Below are positions 49,054-61,905 of a stretch of DNA of 64,000 bases, piece after piece. The translations under genes were made by a program, and so were the position numbers. The stretch is from Macrostomum lignano (Eukaryota). Each line of letters begins with the position of its first letter. The stretch's first letter is position 1. The notes under the pieces were generated by a model that saw only the letters and a program-made list of their open reading frames with translations, was not told where the DNA came from and did not search any database. The stretch is taken from the NCBI GenBank assembly GCA_002269645.1, contig NIVC01004003.1, forward strand, positions 1,379 to 65,378, read 5' to 3'.

Positions 49054-50010
49054 CGGTACCTTTTTTACATCTACTTTAATATGGACAATACGGCGAAAGT
49101 GACGCAGGCCTGTCATACAGGTCTTTGCAGTACTGTTGTTTCGTTAAATTGTTACTGAAAAATACACACTGACAAACCATGTTAAACCCTATGAAAAATT
49201 GGCCCGAATTTTCACCCTTCTCTTCACCCGAAATCGTCAGCACTTTGTGGGTGTAAAAATTGCCGGGCTACTGGCCCGGAATCGTTACGAAAAGTTCGCT
49301 TTTCGGGCGAAACACCCGTGCATGCACCCGCATTTATACCCGAATATTTACGGGCGATTCACCCAGAATTATTCTGCGCCGAAAAATCCGGGCCAGTTAA
49401 CCGATATTTTGCTTTTTAATCCGGCCCGAAGAACTGGTCATATTTCCTGCTTTTGATCTTGCGATAGTGCACGATATTATAGTACGTTTTTTGAGGGAAT
49501 ATAAACTTTACAGTGACTGCCAATTTTCATACTGCAAAACTTGTATGTAGTTGAATAGAAAGATGCATGTAAATGACCCCCCATCAAGAGATACATATCG
49601 AGAAAAAAATAAGGCAATTCTGGAGGGATTCAATAAGAAATTTTTGGACAAAAATGTTTAAACACTTGGCGACATAATAAGAGAAAAGCGTGCGCGATAG
49701 TTTATTTAAATATTTAATGAGTGCATTCAATACGTTCAGTAAGCAAAGGCATTAACATAAAAGTAATAAAAGCAAAGGAGGGTTAAGAAAACAATAGAAA
49801 CAGAAACAAACAAAGTTGTAAAGAAGATAAAACGAAGGGCTTGACGTTGAGAAATGCTGACGAAACCGTAAAAAAGAAAAATAACTAACTGTATTTATAG
49901 GGGATTTGCAGCTCAGAGATAACCAAATATACTAGTATAATGGTTTTATTCCTCGCCCTATTGGCAGTTCTTGAACTGGTATCGTATCGACAAATATTTG
50001 GCTGAATAAT

Positions 50011-51350
50011 TGTAATGTATGTTCGCTCTCTCGATGTACATCGTTGACTTGCATAAATATAGCCATCACTGCCCCACGGGGGCTTCTACACTTTTTTTTT
50101 CTACACTGCCAAAAATACCGCGCGTTACAAGTGGTAGCAGAGCTCAGAATGGCAGAGGGCAGCCACCGCGCAATTCCGAGAACTTTTAGCTCTGGCAACT
50201 TTAGTGAGTGGCTGCAGCGGTTTGAGCTGTGTGCGACAGCCAACAAGTGGACAAACGACAAACACTTGCATCTGTCAATGTTTCTGGATGGCGAGGCTCT
50301 GGCCGTCTTCCTTGAGCTCGGCGACAAGGACAAGAGCGACTACAGTCAGGTGACCAAAGCATTAAGATCTGAGGGCTGCGGTCAGCTCGCTGCAGGCGAC
50401 GGTTCAAGATCTGGCGGCGAAGCTGGGTTCAGATGCTTTGGACTCCTGCGCGTTTCGCAGTGCGAGGAGACGGCGCGAGGTGACCTGCAGGAATTGCAAC
50501 CGTCGCGGCTACATCGCCAGGAACTGCAAGCAGCCGTCGGAAAACGGCACAGCCCGGGGCGGAGCCCGCACCCCTGGCCAGTTCTGAGCGCGGGCCCCAG
50601 CGTGAGCGGACTGTTCCAGAGCGCAGAGGGGGGCGGTGCAGGCGCAGCCAGCTCCAGCGCAGCTGCTGTCGTCATCAGGCCGAACCCGTCGACATCAAAA
50701 CTACAGTGCAAGGTCGGAGGTGCGGAAGTCACGGCGCTGATCGACTCTGGCAGCCAGGTGTCAATCGTGGACAAGCGGGTCCTGCAGAGCATGCAGCCAG
50801 TTCAGCTGGAGAGCGTGCACCTGAAGCTGCGGGCAGTCAACCAGCAGGCAGTGCCGGTGCAGCAGGTGGCCAGCCTGGCGGTGTCGCTCGGCGGCATCGT
50901 GCGGCAGCATCCATTCTACGTGTCGGAAGGCCTGGCAGCCGCTGTCATCATCGGGTTCGACTTCATCAAGTCCTGCAACATTTGCCTGAACTTCAGCGAC
51001 CGCGCAGAGGCGCCACCAAGGAGCTCGTGCGCGATGGACGGCGTGAGCTACCTCGACGCTGACAGCCAGCTGGAGGACCTCGAAGAGAGGCTCGGGTGCT
51101 GTCGGTTGCTGCTGCAGGAGTTCACCTTCACCATCAAGTACATAAACGGTGTCGACAACGTGGAGGCGGACGGGCTGTCGAGGATTGCGAGACGCTGTTG
51201 GAGCGTCGGCAGCAGAGCTGCAGCCGCAGGTGTCCAACCGAGAGATGCGACAGGCGCAGCGGGCTGCTCCGAAGCTCAAGCTGGTCATCGATGCACTTTG
51301 CGGCTGAAAAGAGGCAGATCTAAGGCACGAGAGTGCAAGGAGAGGGGGTG
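50011..51350 (+). mobile_element. Internally deleted Gypsy fragment inside the EnSpm element
   Basis: Candidate 5' LTR TGTAA...TTACA at 50011-50129, PBS TGGTAGCAGAG (iMet type) at 50132, gag (EWLQRFELCATANKW), protease ALIDSGSQVSIV, jump to the RNase H end (LLLQEFTFTIKYINGVDNVEADGLSR), PPT AAGGAGAGGGGG; no matching 3' LTR. Confidence 0.8.
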
Positions 51351-51610
51351 CACACAGAATGCACTTGTGAAATAACTAAGATAGGGAAAATATTAGCGCG
51401 ACCATGTAGAAAGAAGAGAAACGATATGAAGAGAAATAGCAACATTGGGAAAGATAGGAAGAACAGAGATCAGTTATGGGTTCGGGTGCAAAGGTGACTT
51501 AAGATCCCTCCCTCCCAGTCGCAGCCACATTACGAAGCAATGAAAAAGAACAAACAGCTAGTGTAGAACAAAAACAGACGCGATAGAAAGTTCAAAGTTA
51601 GAGTACAGAT

Positions 51611-53141
51611 TTACAACTCATTGAGCGACAGGATGCGATATTGCGCTTGATTGAGCATGCCAGCGGTGTCACTGGTTAGCGTGATGCTGGGTGGCGTAGT
51701 AGCAGAAACTGGCAGCTGAGATTCTGCAGCACCAGTAGGGCTAGCTTGCTGGCCAGCCACTCGAAGCTCTGGAGTATCTGGAGTAGAAGGAGGCGCAGTT
51801 GCAGAAAAGCGTCAATAAAAACTACAAGACTACGTTCTAAACAAGACTACAATACAAAAAATGAAAACATTACCTGCAGGTTTGGTCTTAGTCGCCTTTC
51901 TTGCGACGATGGTCTTTTTCGGTAGCAGGCCCTCTCGGCATCGGGAGTAGGCACGCTGCAGCTCGGATTTTGTGAATTTTACATTTTGCTGGGCGCAAAA
52001 TGACTTTAAAATCGACATTTTTCCGGCGTCCGGTGCCAATGCTTTTCTTCCTGAGAAGTTGCATTTCAACAGCTCATCCTTAGAGAAGAGGGCTCTAACT
52101 AAAGAGCGAAGAAATGCACCACGCTGCTTTGCAGCCTGGGCTGGGGCACAGTTTCTCATCAGATCCAGGCGCAGGTTGACGAGATGGTGCGCAGATCGAG
52201 ACACTCTAGCAGCCATGTGGGAGCTAGACAGGGGCACTGTGTCACAATGGCTAGTCTCATCCTCCAACTCTAAAGCGACCTAAGAAAGGAAAACGACAAA
52301 AAACTTCATCAGTCAAAGCTCTGGAATATGATATCGGGCTCGAATATGAAGAAATTATCTTAAATTAGTACGTGCAATTCTTCAGAACCACAGTCGGAAC
52401 TACTGACCTGAGCTGCATTCTCTTCCAGTCGAGCTGATTCAGCAGCGGTTATTTGGCGACAAATAGAGGCACCTTGCGTTGCCTCTATTTCGTCTTCAGG
52501 AGCCAGTAGATCGACAGCACGAGCTACCAGCCGCCTTGCCTTCGCGTAGCGTTCCGGTTCACAGCTGGCTGATGCAGACTCGGAGCGGAGATGGTCGAGT
52601 TCAGCACGAGTTGCCGAGAGCTGTTCGGTTAACTCCTCCAGACGCTGTCGCAATGAGGTGTCAGTCATTGACAGATGCCCTATTTGCTGACGTGCAGCCT
52701 CTAAAGAATTCTCTGTAAAATGCAGGTATAGACAATATATGTGGTAAAATTTCTTCGTCGCATGGTAAACTCTATTGTCGGGCTGCTTGGCAGTAATGCC
52801 TCATATGCAAATACGAGGTATAATACTTCCAAAAGTATTTTACAAAAAGGTATTAAACTACTTTATAGAATAAATAATACTTTGCAATTTGTTTACATAC
52901 CAAGCTGATGGGTGGCCTGAGCTTGAGTTATCAGCTCGCGCTTTAAATTGACGCAAGACGTGCAGGTAATCGTAGTCGCATCCAAGTCACAATTAGTAGC
53001 TGATGTGGGCTCAGATTCTTTCGTCTTCTTTGGTCTGGTGGTGGAGTTGCAGTTTTTTTTGTTCGAGCGAGTCATGATACTTAACTTAGCTCGTAGCTCT
53101 TGTATCTCTGGAAGTCGGGCATTAATTGTTAAGCATATCAA
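51611..53141 (-). CDS. EnSpm accessory gene: coiled coil plus BEN domain, multi-exon
   Basis: Exon-sized ORFs 53141-52893, 52668-52360 and 52267-51870; FLRSLVRALFSKDELLKCNFSG...PDAGKMSILK fits the BEN pattern; exact splice sites unresolved. Confidence 0.6.
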
Positions 53142-54095
53142 TATAAATGTACTTATAATTATAGAATGACGAACTCTTACATTATCAGCTTCTGGTAAAC
53201 TGATCCTAAATCCGTTTTATCTCACTGTTCAAAATTATAATTTTATTCTAGAATACTTGGTTTTCAATGATTAAAATATAAAGATTACGTTATGTTAAAT
53301 CGGAACCGCAGATTACATTTGTATTTCTGTATATTTCTACAGCAGCACTTTAGGTTGACATCATTATGAAATTTACTGTACATCAAATGTAACAGTACGA
53401 CGATTAATGAGTAAACGAATTAACGCACCGAAGACAGAAGTAAAACATATAACTTATGCAAGACATATATTACTGTACGAACCTTGTGATCCGTGTATGA
53501 GTAAATATGCTACAATAGCTTCATAGCCAGCCATTTCTAAAAAATAAACACAAATGACACTGAACACTTTGCACATGGAATGAAATCCACTCTGTTGGGT
53601 TGGGGATCTAACCACCAGCAACAAATAACAACATGTTGGGTCTAAGTGCTAAGTCAAACACTATGAGAAATCAAACCAGTCCCTTGAGTGTGATTTACTG
53701 TACTTTTTGGTAAAAGAATGGAACCCGACGACTAATTGTAACTTATCACAAAGGACTCCCAGTTAAGTAAGCGTTGGGTTGATCTCTTCGCCTTTTCAGT
53801 TTATTCGACCTTCATAATTATTGGCTGCTGGTGGTTTTGTCCGCAGCTCACAGTTGGGCTTTGTTGTTTACGCGGATTTCCCATTTTGTTGTTTGCTAAT
53901 TGACTCGTTATGTGCGTATTCATAACGAATAAAGGCTTAAGTTCGTTATAGACTGACACTATGAGAAGCAGGTGAATATTTTGTAATTACAAAAATATAT
54001 AAACTTATATAACAAAACAGGAATCTAAACATTACTCTAGCAGAACAAGAAGTGCTCACGGAAGCAAACAATCTTTCTCACAAATCGCACATCGT

Positions 54096-56698
54096 TCATG
54101 AAAACGATAGTTGTGCGTGAGGCATCAGGGCAATATGAGTGTTGCTAATGACACAATTGCCGTCAATGTCACGTAACGCCACAGAGTAGACATGAGAGTC
54201 AAGTTTATTAGCAAACGCATCACATGTTAGGCGTCTAACATGAGCCAGACGGCAACAGCGCACATTAGAATCTTGCGATACGCCTGCTTGTTCGAAAGGT
54301 GTACCAATCTCTAGTTCTTCCACACAGAGATTTTGCAGCATCACTCGAACGTCTCGTTGGATGCGTTCATCCTCAGCGAATGGACCCTGGCAAATCGGAA
54401 ATTGTTTGGATCGGTACCACGCACAGCAACGAAACAGGAAACAGACTTTCGATTCGTACGAATGGCGTTCGCAAACGATTCTACAATGAATCCACTAGAT
54501 AGATGTGCTGCATCCCATTCTTCCGAGCACGCGTTTGCTGTCGCCATCGATCTACGGAGAATCACGTTGTCTGTGGTGCATAGTTCGATTCGCCTTTTTT
54601 GGTCGAGACCTTTGGAATTCGCCTCTATCATCATAGACTGCGCCTGTGCCACGGCAATTTCATTTTCAACGATGTTAGCAATTTCAACGTCAATGTTTCG
54701 CCTTCCTCTGATACGGGCAGCCAGTCGTCCATGCATTGTCTCGAATAACGATGCCGATAGTAAATGTATTGGACCAGCCGATTCCACCGACGAAATCATG
54801 TGCGTACATACATGATGGGCATTATAAGAAAGCGCTCGTTTTGAGTATAACGTATCCATGCTATGGAGAAATTGCTTAAGTGATATTCTTACATGCCGCA
54901 TCTCACTCAGTGGTGCACCGACGAATGACATCCAAAAAACAGCAGACGACAAGAGAACCAGGTGACTGTAGTACTCAGTCGGAAGAAAGTTCTGTAGCGT
55001 CATTGGGCCGAATGCTAAGAGCCACATTTCAAATTCATGGCCACGGAAGTTTGATAATTCTTTTAGATGACGTGGATTACCACGCTGGACACATTGTGGC
55101 ACCCGTATTTCGTTCAGCAAATTACAAATCGAACCGACTTGTCGATAAGTGTCAGGTGTCCTTCTGCATGCTGGGTCAGGTCGTTGAGCAGGTGGTAGCA
55201 GCAATTGCCTTAGAAGGTACCTAAATAAGCCTGAACACAGCTGATGTAAATAGCATGCAGGCGTGCCATTCACAAAATCAAAGCCAGATAATTGAGCCAG
55301 AGGTGACAGAACCTTTACTCCAAGAATATCGGACGTTGTTCGCAATCCTGCATCTCGGTCCTCCTGCCGCTTCGCCAAATGTATGGTGTCTAACATTGTA
55401 CGCAATTCCGGATGGTCACAGCCTTCATTGCGCGCATCTTGAAGCATACCCTGGCTGATTTGCATAGGATAAAAGCGGCCATAACCACCAGGCTGCTTCT
55501 CTGTGCGAATATAGCACTTGTCGCAACCGTAATGGGCATTATACCTCTTAAAGCCTAGAGCGTCTGCTCGTGCAGGGGCATCAAATATTGCAACAAATGG
55601 ATGCAGACGCAGAACTCGTTTCTCTCCAGTTTCGTCGGTATACGTAACTCCTGGGTGCAGTAGGCGGTTAAGCCGTTCAACTACCAAAGGCAAAAAAGCG
55701 ACACTGTGAAGCTTTTCCTTCCCGGCCCAAACACCACAGATCGCCACGAAACGATGCTGGACAGATCGATTGACTTCAATAATTGACAGGTACACTGGAC
55801 ACACTTCGACAGTTGACGTCGTTCGCATCGGAAATCCATCACAGCATATGCTGTATGACAGATCGGAACGCGAGTCAATGTCGATTGTCTGCAAGAAGCG
55901 TCTGTACAGGTTACTATTTGCATAATGAAGGATGCCGGGTTCCAAGCGACGGCAAAGATCAGCAGGAAATTCGACATGTTTCAGCATTCCACCAGCCTCA
56001 ATCATAGTACGCACTTTAGTTTCGATATCTAGGCACCAGAATTGTCCTAGAGAGCTGGCACCGCAGTTCGGACACATTTGCTTCGCTTTAAGCCTGCCCT
56101 CAACTGCACTCAGACAAGATTCGCAAACTATATATGATATGGATGTGCCTTTGGCAGTTTGAAGGACTCCGAATGCAACATCCAGTCTGTGTGTTGTCGT
56201 TGGCAGTCGTGAATTCGGCAAAATTTTGTTGATTAGTGTGAGTAGATCCTGCTTATGAATTTTTGTGAGCCCAGTATCTGTTGCGAATTTTTGTAGCATG
56301 ACTACAGCTTGACCAACGGTAAGACAATGCCCTTCAACAAGTGGCATCTCATTCAGATCAAGCAGGTAGCTGTTCTGATTGGGTTGATCATTTTCGCTGG
56401 CACAATCGGGAACATCTAATTGAGTTCTAATGTCTGACTCCAATAGACTGACATCATTTTCCTCGACTTCAATAAAACAATTGTTTTCGTCATACTTGTC
56501 TTCAGTACCAGAGTTGGCTGAGTTTTCTTCAACAGTTGTTACATCTGTACAATGATGATCTAGTACATTCTTTGATGCACGGTGTCGCATCATTCGCTCG
56601 CTGGCTGTTTGAGCTGGAGTACGTCGCCTAACACCAGTCCTGTAGCGCACGGCATAGTCCCGGCGACGACGCTTAGCAGTCCCAAGGTCATCAGACAT
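54096..56698 (-). CDS. EnSpm/CACTA transposase
   Basis: 785-aa ORF: CxxC...CPNC zinc finger, ICCDG, IFDAPARA...YGCDKC, YNAHHVCTH...GP...LFE; a -1 shift near 54350 continues into VRVMLQNLCVEELEI (to 54096). Confidence 0.9.
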
Positions 56699-58857
56699 TA
56701 ATGGCCAGAGGAAAATTTGGCTGAGGGGTATTTATATAGCATAAATGGCTTAGGAGCATGGTATGATGATGCTGAAAGTCTGGTTATTGAGCAATAAAAT
56801 CTAATAAACCTAAATTAAAAGGCCACTAAATTTATCATCAATAATCTTCCTTAATTACAAGTATAACTGTATAAGTACAGTGCTTTAGAATGTAAATCTG
56901 ATGATGAATGTTTATTCTACAAAACATGTTCAGACTATTGGATCTAAAAAATTCACATAAGAGCTAAAATAATTTTTTCTATATAAGATATAAAGGGCCT
57001 CTATCTCTGGGAATATGTTGAGTTGCAAAACTTTTTAGGTTATTAATTTCTTTGTAAAATGTTAAGTTCTAGGCGTTAAGTTCCTTTAGAATATAATATG
57101 TTAATAAAATTTATATCTATTAAAATATAAAATAAAGCATGCATTGTACAAATATGTAATATTTGAATACACAGCTTTCTAAAAAGTACTATATAGACTA
57201 TACAAACCTAAGTAAATGAATATCATATTAATAATTGTTGCAATTTTATATTTGGACTTCAACATATTTTTAAATTGATTTCTTACTTACACTCTAAAAT
57301 TTCTTACCATACAGCAAGCTCTCTCTGTGCTCATATACAATCACAATATATCTCTACGATAGATGAAATATTTTATTAGGATGAGTTTTCTAAATTATTT
57401 TTCTATTTTTTCTTACTCTTTAAGTTTAAGTAATAAAATAGGCTAATTGCTAGCAATCGACAACACAAATTTATTTAGTTATTTTTCAGTTTATGCATAA
57501 TGCAGACTGATTGATTTCATTATAAAAAACAAATGACATTTTTCTCATCCAAAATTATTATTCAGCCTGTTGAGACTGGACTACTTTAATATTTAACTAT
57601 AATTTACTATAGTGACTGCCAATTCCCGAACCAGGGCAGGGGCAGGGGGTCAGGCCTTGTTATTGACTCATTTAGTGAAATAACTCGCATTGACTATTTC
57701 TGAGGTTAAATAAACTTTGTCCATTAGATTATGATAAATTATACAAAACATGCTTCACGTGCACGATAAAACTCAGAAGTCTGTTGAAACGTGGCGTCTG
57801 AAATTTAAATATTTTCGAGTAACAAAAAAACAAACAAAATAGTTTCCTTTTTTTCATTAGTCAGCACGATGAAAGAGTAAAAAGCACAGCAAATACTTAA
57901 TAAAAAAGCTTTTAGCTTGTGAATAGCAAATTCAGAAAAAGGTATTTAGAGTAAGCGAATAAGTGATTTCGACAATTTTTTTAAAAGATTAATTTTATTT
58001 TCCCATCAGACGATTCAGAGATTCAGATAATTAATTTCCCATCATTGTGATCAAGCAACTGATTGTATAACCGTACTTTTTAAAATAATAAACAATGTAT
58101 TGTTGAATCCTGAAGCCTGGGATTTTCATCCCTACTAGCACAAAAGACCTGCCGGGAAGCGGGAACTCAGTTAGTTGACAGCGATAATTTTACTGAAAAT
58201 AATATATATACATGTACCACTTTAATTGTTTCTAGTTGATTTGGTACGTTACAAGTTTATTTAAAGTGTATAAAAATTGAGGTCCCAAAAACTCATAAAT
58301 TGTACGTATGGGCTTCATGTGTAGGCTTTAATCTCCATTTTCGCACCTAGCTTTCCTACTCCTTTTTAATCAGCATCGTCACGTCAAAGTCCCTCAGGAC
58401 ACGCTTTTAGAAAAAACGGGCTATAGACCCGAACGTCTGGGTTTCTGCTTTCCCCGCTTTCCGGGCGAAAGTCCCGCTTTTTCACCCGATTTAGTTTCAA
58501 CCGTTTTGTCGGCGTGCTTTCCGGGTGAATCGACCGTTTTTTAGTTTTCACCCGAAAAATTTAAAGTTCCGGGCCCAATTGCATATGTTTCCGGGCGAAA
58601 ATTCGGGCCAATTTTTCATAGGGAAGTTTTGCCATAGACATCAATTATTTGCACTCTTTTTTATTATCAGCACGCTTTTTGTATAGACTGATTATAGGAT
58701 TTTACCATAGACATAGGCGTTATCTGTACGCTTGAGCGTTGTACAATGGTAGATTTATCTCTAGCTTTTCGAGCTAACGCGCACTCCAGCCAAGACTATT
58801 TACGCACGAAGGAACCTAGTGATAGATTCATTGATTTATGGGCACATAAATCAAATC

Positions 58858-59640
58858 AGCTACTGACCCAATTCTACCAGAGCTACTGACCCAATTCTAC
58901 CTGAGCTACTGGTCCAATTCTACCTGAGCTACTGGTCAGGTAGAATTGGTAGCTCTACTAGTAGCTCTGGTAGAATTGGGTCAGTAGCTCAGGTAGAATT
59001 GGACCAGTGGCTCAGGTAGAATTGGGTCAGTAGCTCAGGTAGAATTGGGTCAGTAGCTCAGGTAGAATTGGGTCAGTAGCTCAGGTAGAATTGGACCAGT
59101 AGCTCAGGTAGAATTGGGTCAGTAGCTCAGGTAGAGTTGGACCAGTAGCTCAGGTAGAATTGGACCAGTAGCTCAGGTAGAATTGGACCAGTAGCTCAGG
59201 TAGAATTGGGTCAGTAGCTCAGGTAGAATTGGGTCAGTAGCTCTGGTAGAATTGGGTCAGTAGCTCTGGTAGAATTGGGTCAGTAGCTCTGGTAGAATTG
59301 GGTCAGTAGCTCTGGTAGAATTGGGTCAGTAGCTCTGGTAGAATTGGGTCAGTAGCTCTGGTAGAATTGGGTCAGTAGCTCAGGTAGAATTGGGTCAGTA
59401 GCTCTGGTAGAATTGGGTCAGTAGCTCTGGTAGAATTGGGTCAGTAGCTCAGGTAGAATTGGGTCAGTAGCTCTGGTAGAATTGGGTCAGTAGCTCTGGT
59501 AGAATTGGGTCAGTAGCTCTGATAGAATTGGGTCAGTAGCTCTGGTAGAATTGGGTCAGTAGCTCAGGTACTGAGATAGTAGCTTAGGCAGGATTAGCTC
59601 ATTAGCTCAGGTAGAATTAGACCAGTAGCTCAGGTAGACT
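58858..59640. repeat. 23-bp minisatellite (TAGCTCAGGTAGAATTGGGTCAG) with inverted leading block
   Basis: About 3.5 reverse-complement units at 58858-58937, then about 30 forward units. Confidence 0.95.
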
Positions 59641-59924
59641 TAAATAAATTTAATAAGTTGAATACGTGCGGGAATTTACAGCACGGCTTGGGATTTACTG
59701 CACAGTCGCGTTATGGGTGAAGGATTGCTTTTTGGCCATAGACAATGAATAGTGTCAGCAATTTAAGAATGCTTGGCCATATGTCAATGTCTATGGCACT
59801 CGTGCGCTTCGCGCACTCGTGGCCAAGACATTTACGCACTCAAAACTGAATGTCAATCCTGCATATTGTCACACAAACGCGGCGACAGGCATTACTGTCC
59901 ATTCCGCCGACTCCCCTGATCAGG

Positions 59925-60135
59925 CACACAAACGCGCGGATACGTACACGTACATGTAGGCACACACACAGGAGTGTACAGCCTTTGGGGGTTGGCCATC
60001 AAGGGCGTTAGTTTCACGAACAGATCCAACAAGCCGCGATTCAAATCCTAGCTCCAAATAAATGTGATTGCACTTGGAATTGAGCATATAGGCCACTAGT
60101 ATAGGAGCGCTGCGCTTGACCACTAGGCTACGGAC
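59925..60135 (-). mobile_element. tRNA-derived SINE (family B, diverged copy)
   Basis: Homologous to 22030-22307, including the tail ACAAACGCGCGGATACGTAC. Confidence 0.7.
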
Positions 60136-60641
60136 CCTGACGCATGGCCGCGATGCGTTTCAGGACTCTAGAAGCGGCTTCTATCCTGGCTTCTGAAAAT
60201 TTTCACCTAGCATTTCTGAGTCATACTGATGACGCAAAGGCTGTTACACCGGCAGGATTTGCCGGTTGTTAGGTAGCCAATTTTCTGCTCTTGCACAGAC
60301 GATCCCAATTGCGAAGGAAGAGCCAGCTGCACCAATTGCATATGTATTTGCAATTATGCTACCCGTTGAAATGGTCCCTTGCTAAAATGATTTCAGCCTC
60401 TCGGTCACCTGAGCCATCAAACAGCGAGAGGGCATCAAAGTCAAAGAAGTTGCCTTGTGCATGGATGCCAGGTGCAAACATCGGCTTCTTTTGTGCGTCG
60501 ACTTGGCGCACAGGCCAATTTTCAACCGCGGTGCTCTATATAAGACAAAGGCATCGAGCTAAGGGTGGAAATTTCTATCTCGTTCTGAAATCAAGTTCAA
60601 CAGTTCAGAAAATATCAATAGTTCTCCATTGAATCGACATT

Positions 60642-61275
60642 ATGCACCCCCACCAAACGGACAGTCACCGTTGGATTTGGTGGACTCTGGTCGGCCTCCT
60701 TCTGCTTGCTCCGGTACACCGTGAGTATATTAGCAGATATTAACTACAACTAACGGGTTATCGCATCGCACTTTTAAAGGGCCGATCGGCGCAGGACCTT
60801 TTGCGTCCGTCACGCCCATGCAACTTCAGCAGCAGGATATTCAGTTCCGCAGCCATCCCGCATGGTTTTATGACAATATAGTCTCAGTTGCGCTCGCTTG
60901 TACAGTACATTACAGAATTGAGGGCCTCAGCCAGCGATCGATCGGCGTTGTATATAGAAGCAGTCTTTACGACTAAATCAGATATACATGTACTATCTAC
61001 ATGTATGAGCATCAGGTGTAAAATGGTCAACATGAATTTACATGCAATCTTATATTCGAAAAAACATTTCAGAGAGTCATTCTGTTCAAGCCTATCCGGA
61101 GCAGATGGAAGACAAGACGGCCCAGCCAGATGCAGTCGAGGAGCGCAACTTCTTACCTGTTGAAGCTGCTCCAGGTTATCCTGACCAGTTTGTGCAAAAG
61201 GAGATTCTGAGAAACGTTTTTATGCTGGCTATGAAGCGTCGATTTGTGTTCTCGTCCTCGAGGCTTCGCATCTGA
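60642..61275 (+). CDS. Candidate small secreted peptide precursor, 87 aa (exons 60642-60720 and 61091-61275)
   Basis: MHPHQTDSHRWIWWTLVGLLLLAPVH, donor C|GTGAGT, phase-matched acceptor TTCAAG|CC; ends ...FMLAMKRRFVFSSSRLRI*. Confidence 0.5.
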
Positions 61276-61741
61276 CCGCAAAATCGGTGCAAGTAGCTGC
61301 AAGTCGCAGTCGGAGCTGCAGTGTTTGAAGCGCGATCGGCACAATTTTAACAGCTATAGTAGGAGCAAAACTCAGAAAACTGATTTACTGTATTCTTGTT
61401 TTTGTTGTAATTTTTTATTTGAAACCATGAGCATAGACATGGACTCCTGTAGTCCATTGTCTAAAGCATATAAGATTTCACGAGTTAAAATATATTCTGA
61501 AACAAGTTAATATTATAGCATTGGCTTCGCAATCCGATGTTGATAGCATCAGCAGTGTCAGTTTCTTTAAAATTTACAGACTGGTACGGAACAATACCCC
61601 AGTTGTGCAAGAATTGATCAAGGTCCACAACAATCGCTAACTTTAACCCGATGAGTCAGTAGCTCATGAGGTTGCATTCTCAAGCTTAAAAATTCACAAG
61701 CTCGAAATTTCACGAGCGTCTATGCACGTTCTTTAGGGCTT

Positions 61742-61905
61742 GAGGGAGCCGTAGCCCAGTGGTCCAGCGCGGCGCTCTGATGTGCCGGCGACCCAGGCTC
61801 GATTCCCAGTGCAGTCGCATTAATTTGGGGCTAAATTGGAATCTTGGCTTGGCTCTGCTCGTGCAATTAACGTCCTTGAGGGCCAACCCCCAAGGCACAG
61901 GAAGT
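61742..61905 (+). mobile_element. tRNA-derived SINE (family B, copy 3)
   Basis: GTAGCCCAGTGGTCC (A box), GGCTCGATTCCC (B box), shared body. Confidence 0.8.

Larger units (their letters stand above)
49187..58623 (-). mobile_element. EnSpm/CACTA (CMC) DNA transposon, 9.4 kb
   Basis: TIR CCCTATGAAAAATTGGCCCGAATTTTC at both ends; 2-bp TSD AA; about 250-bp subterminal zones of CCCGAA/CCGGGC motifs; contains the transposase. Confidence 0.9.

Noticed and set aside
60291-60632. Cys-containing short frames upstream of the peptide candidate
   Set aside because: Stops in all frames and no convincing zinc-finger pattern.
61150-61275. NPY/NPF identity for the small peptide
   Set aside because: Lacks the RxRF-G amidation signature; the resemblance is superficial.
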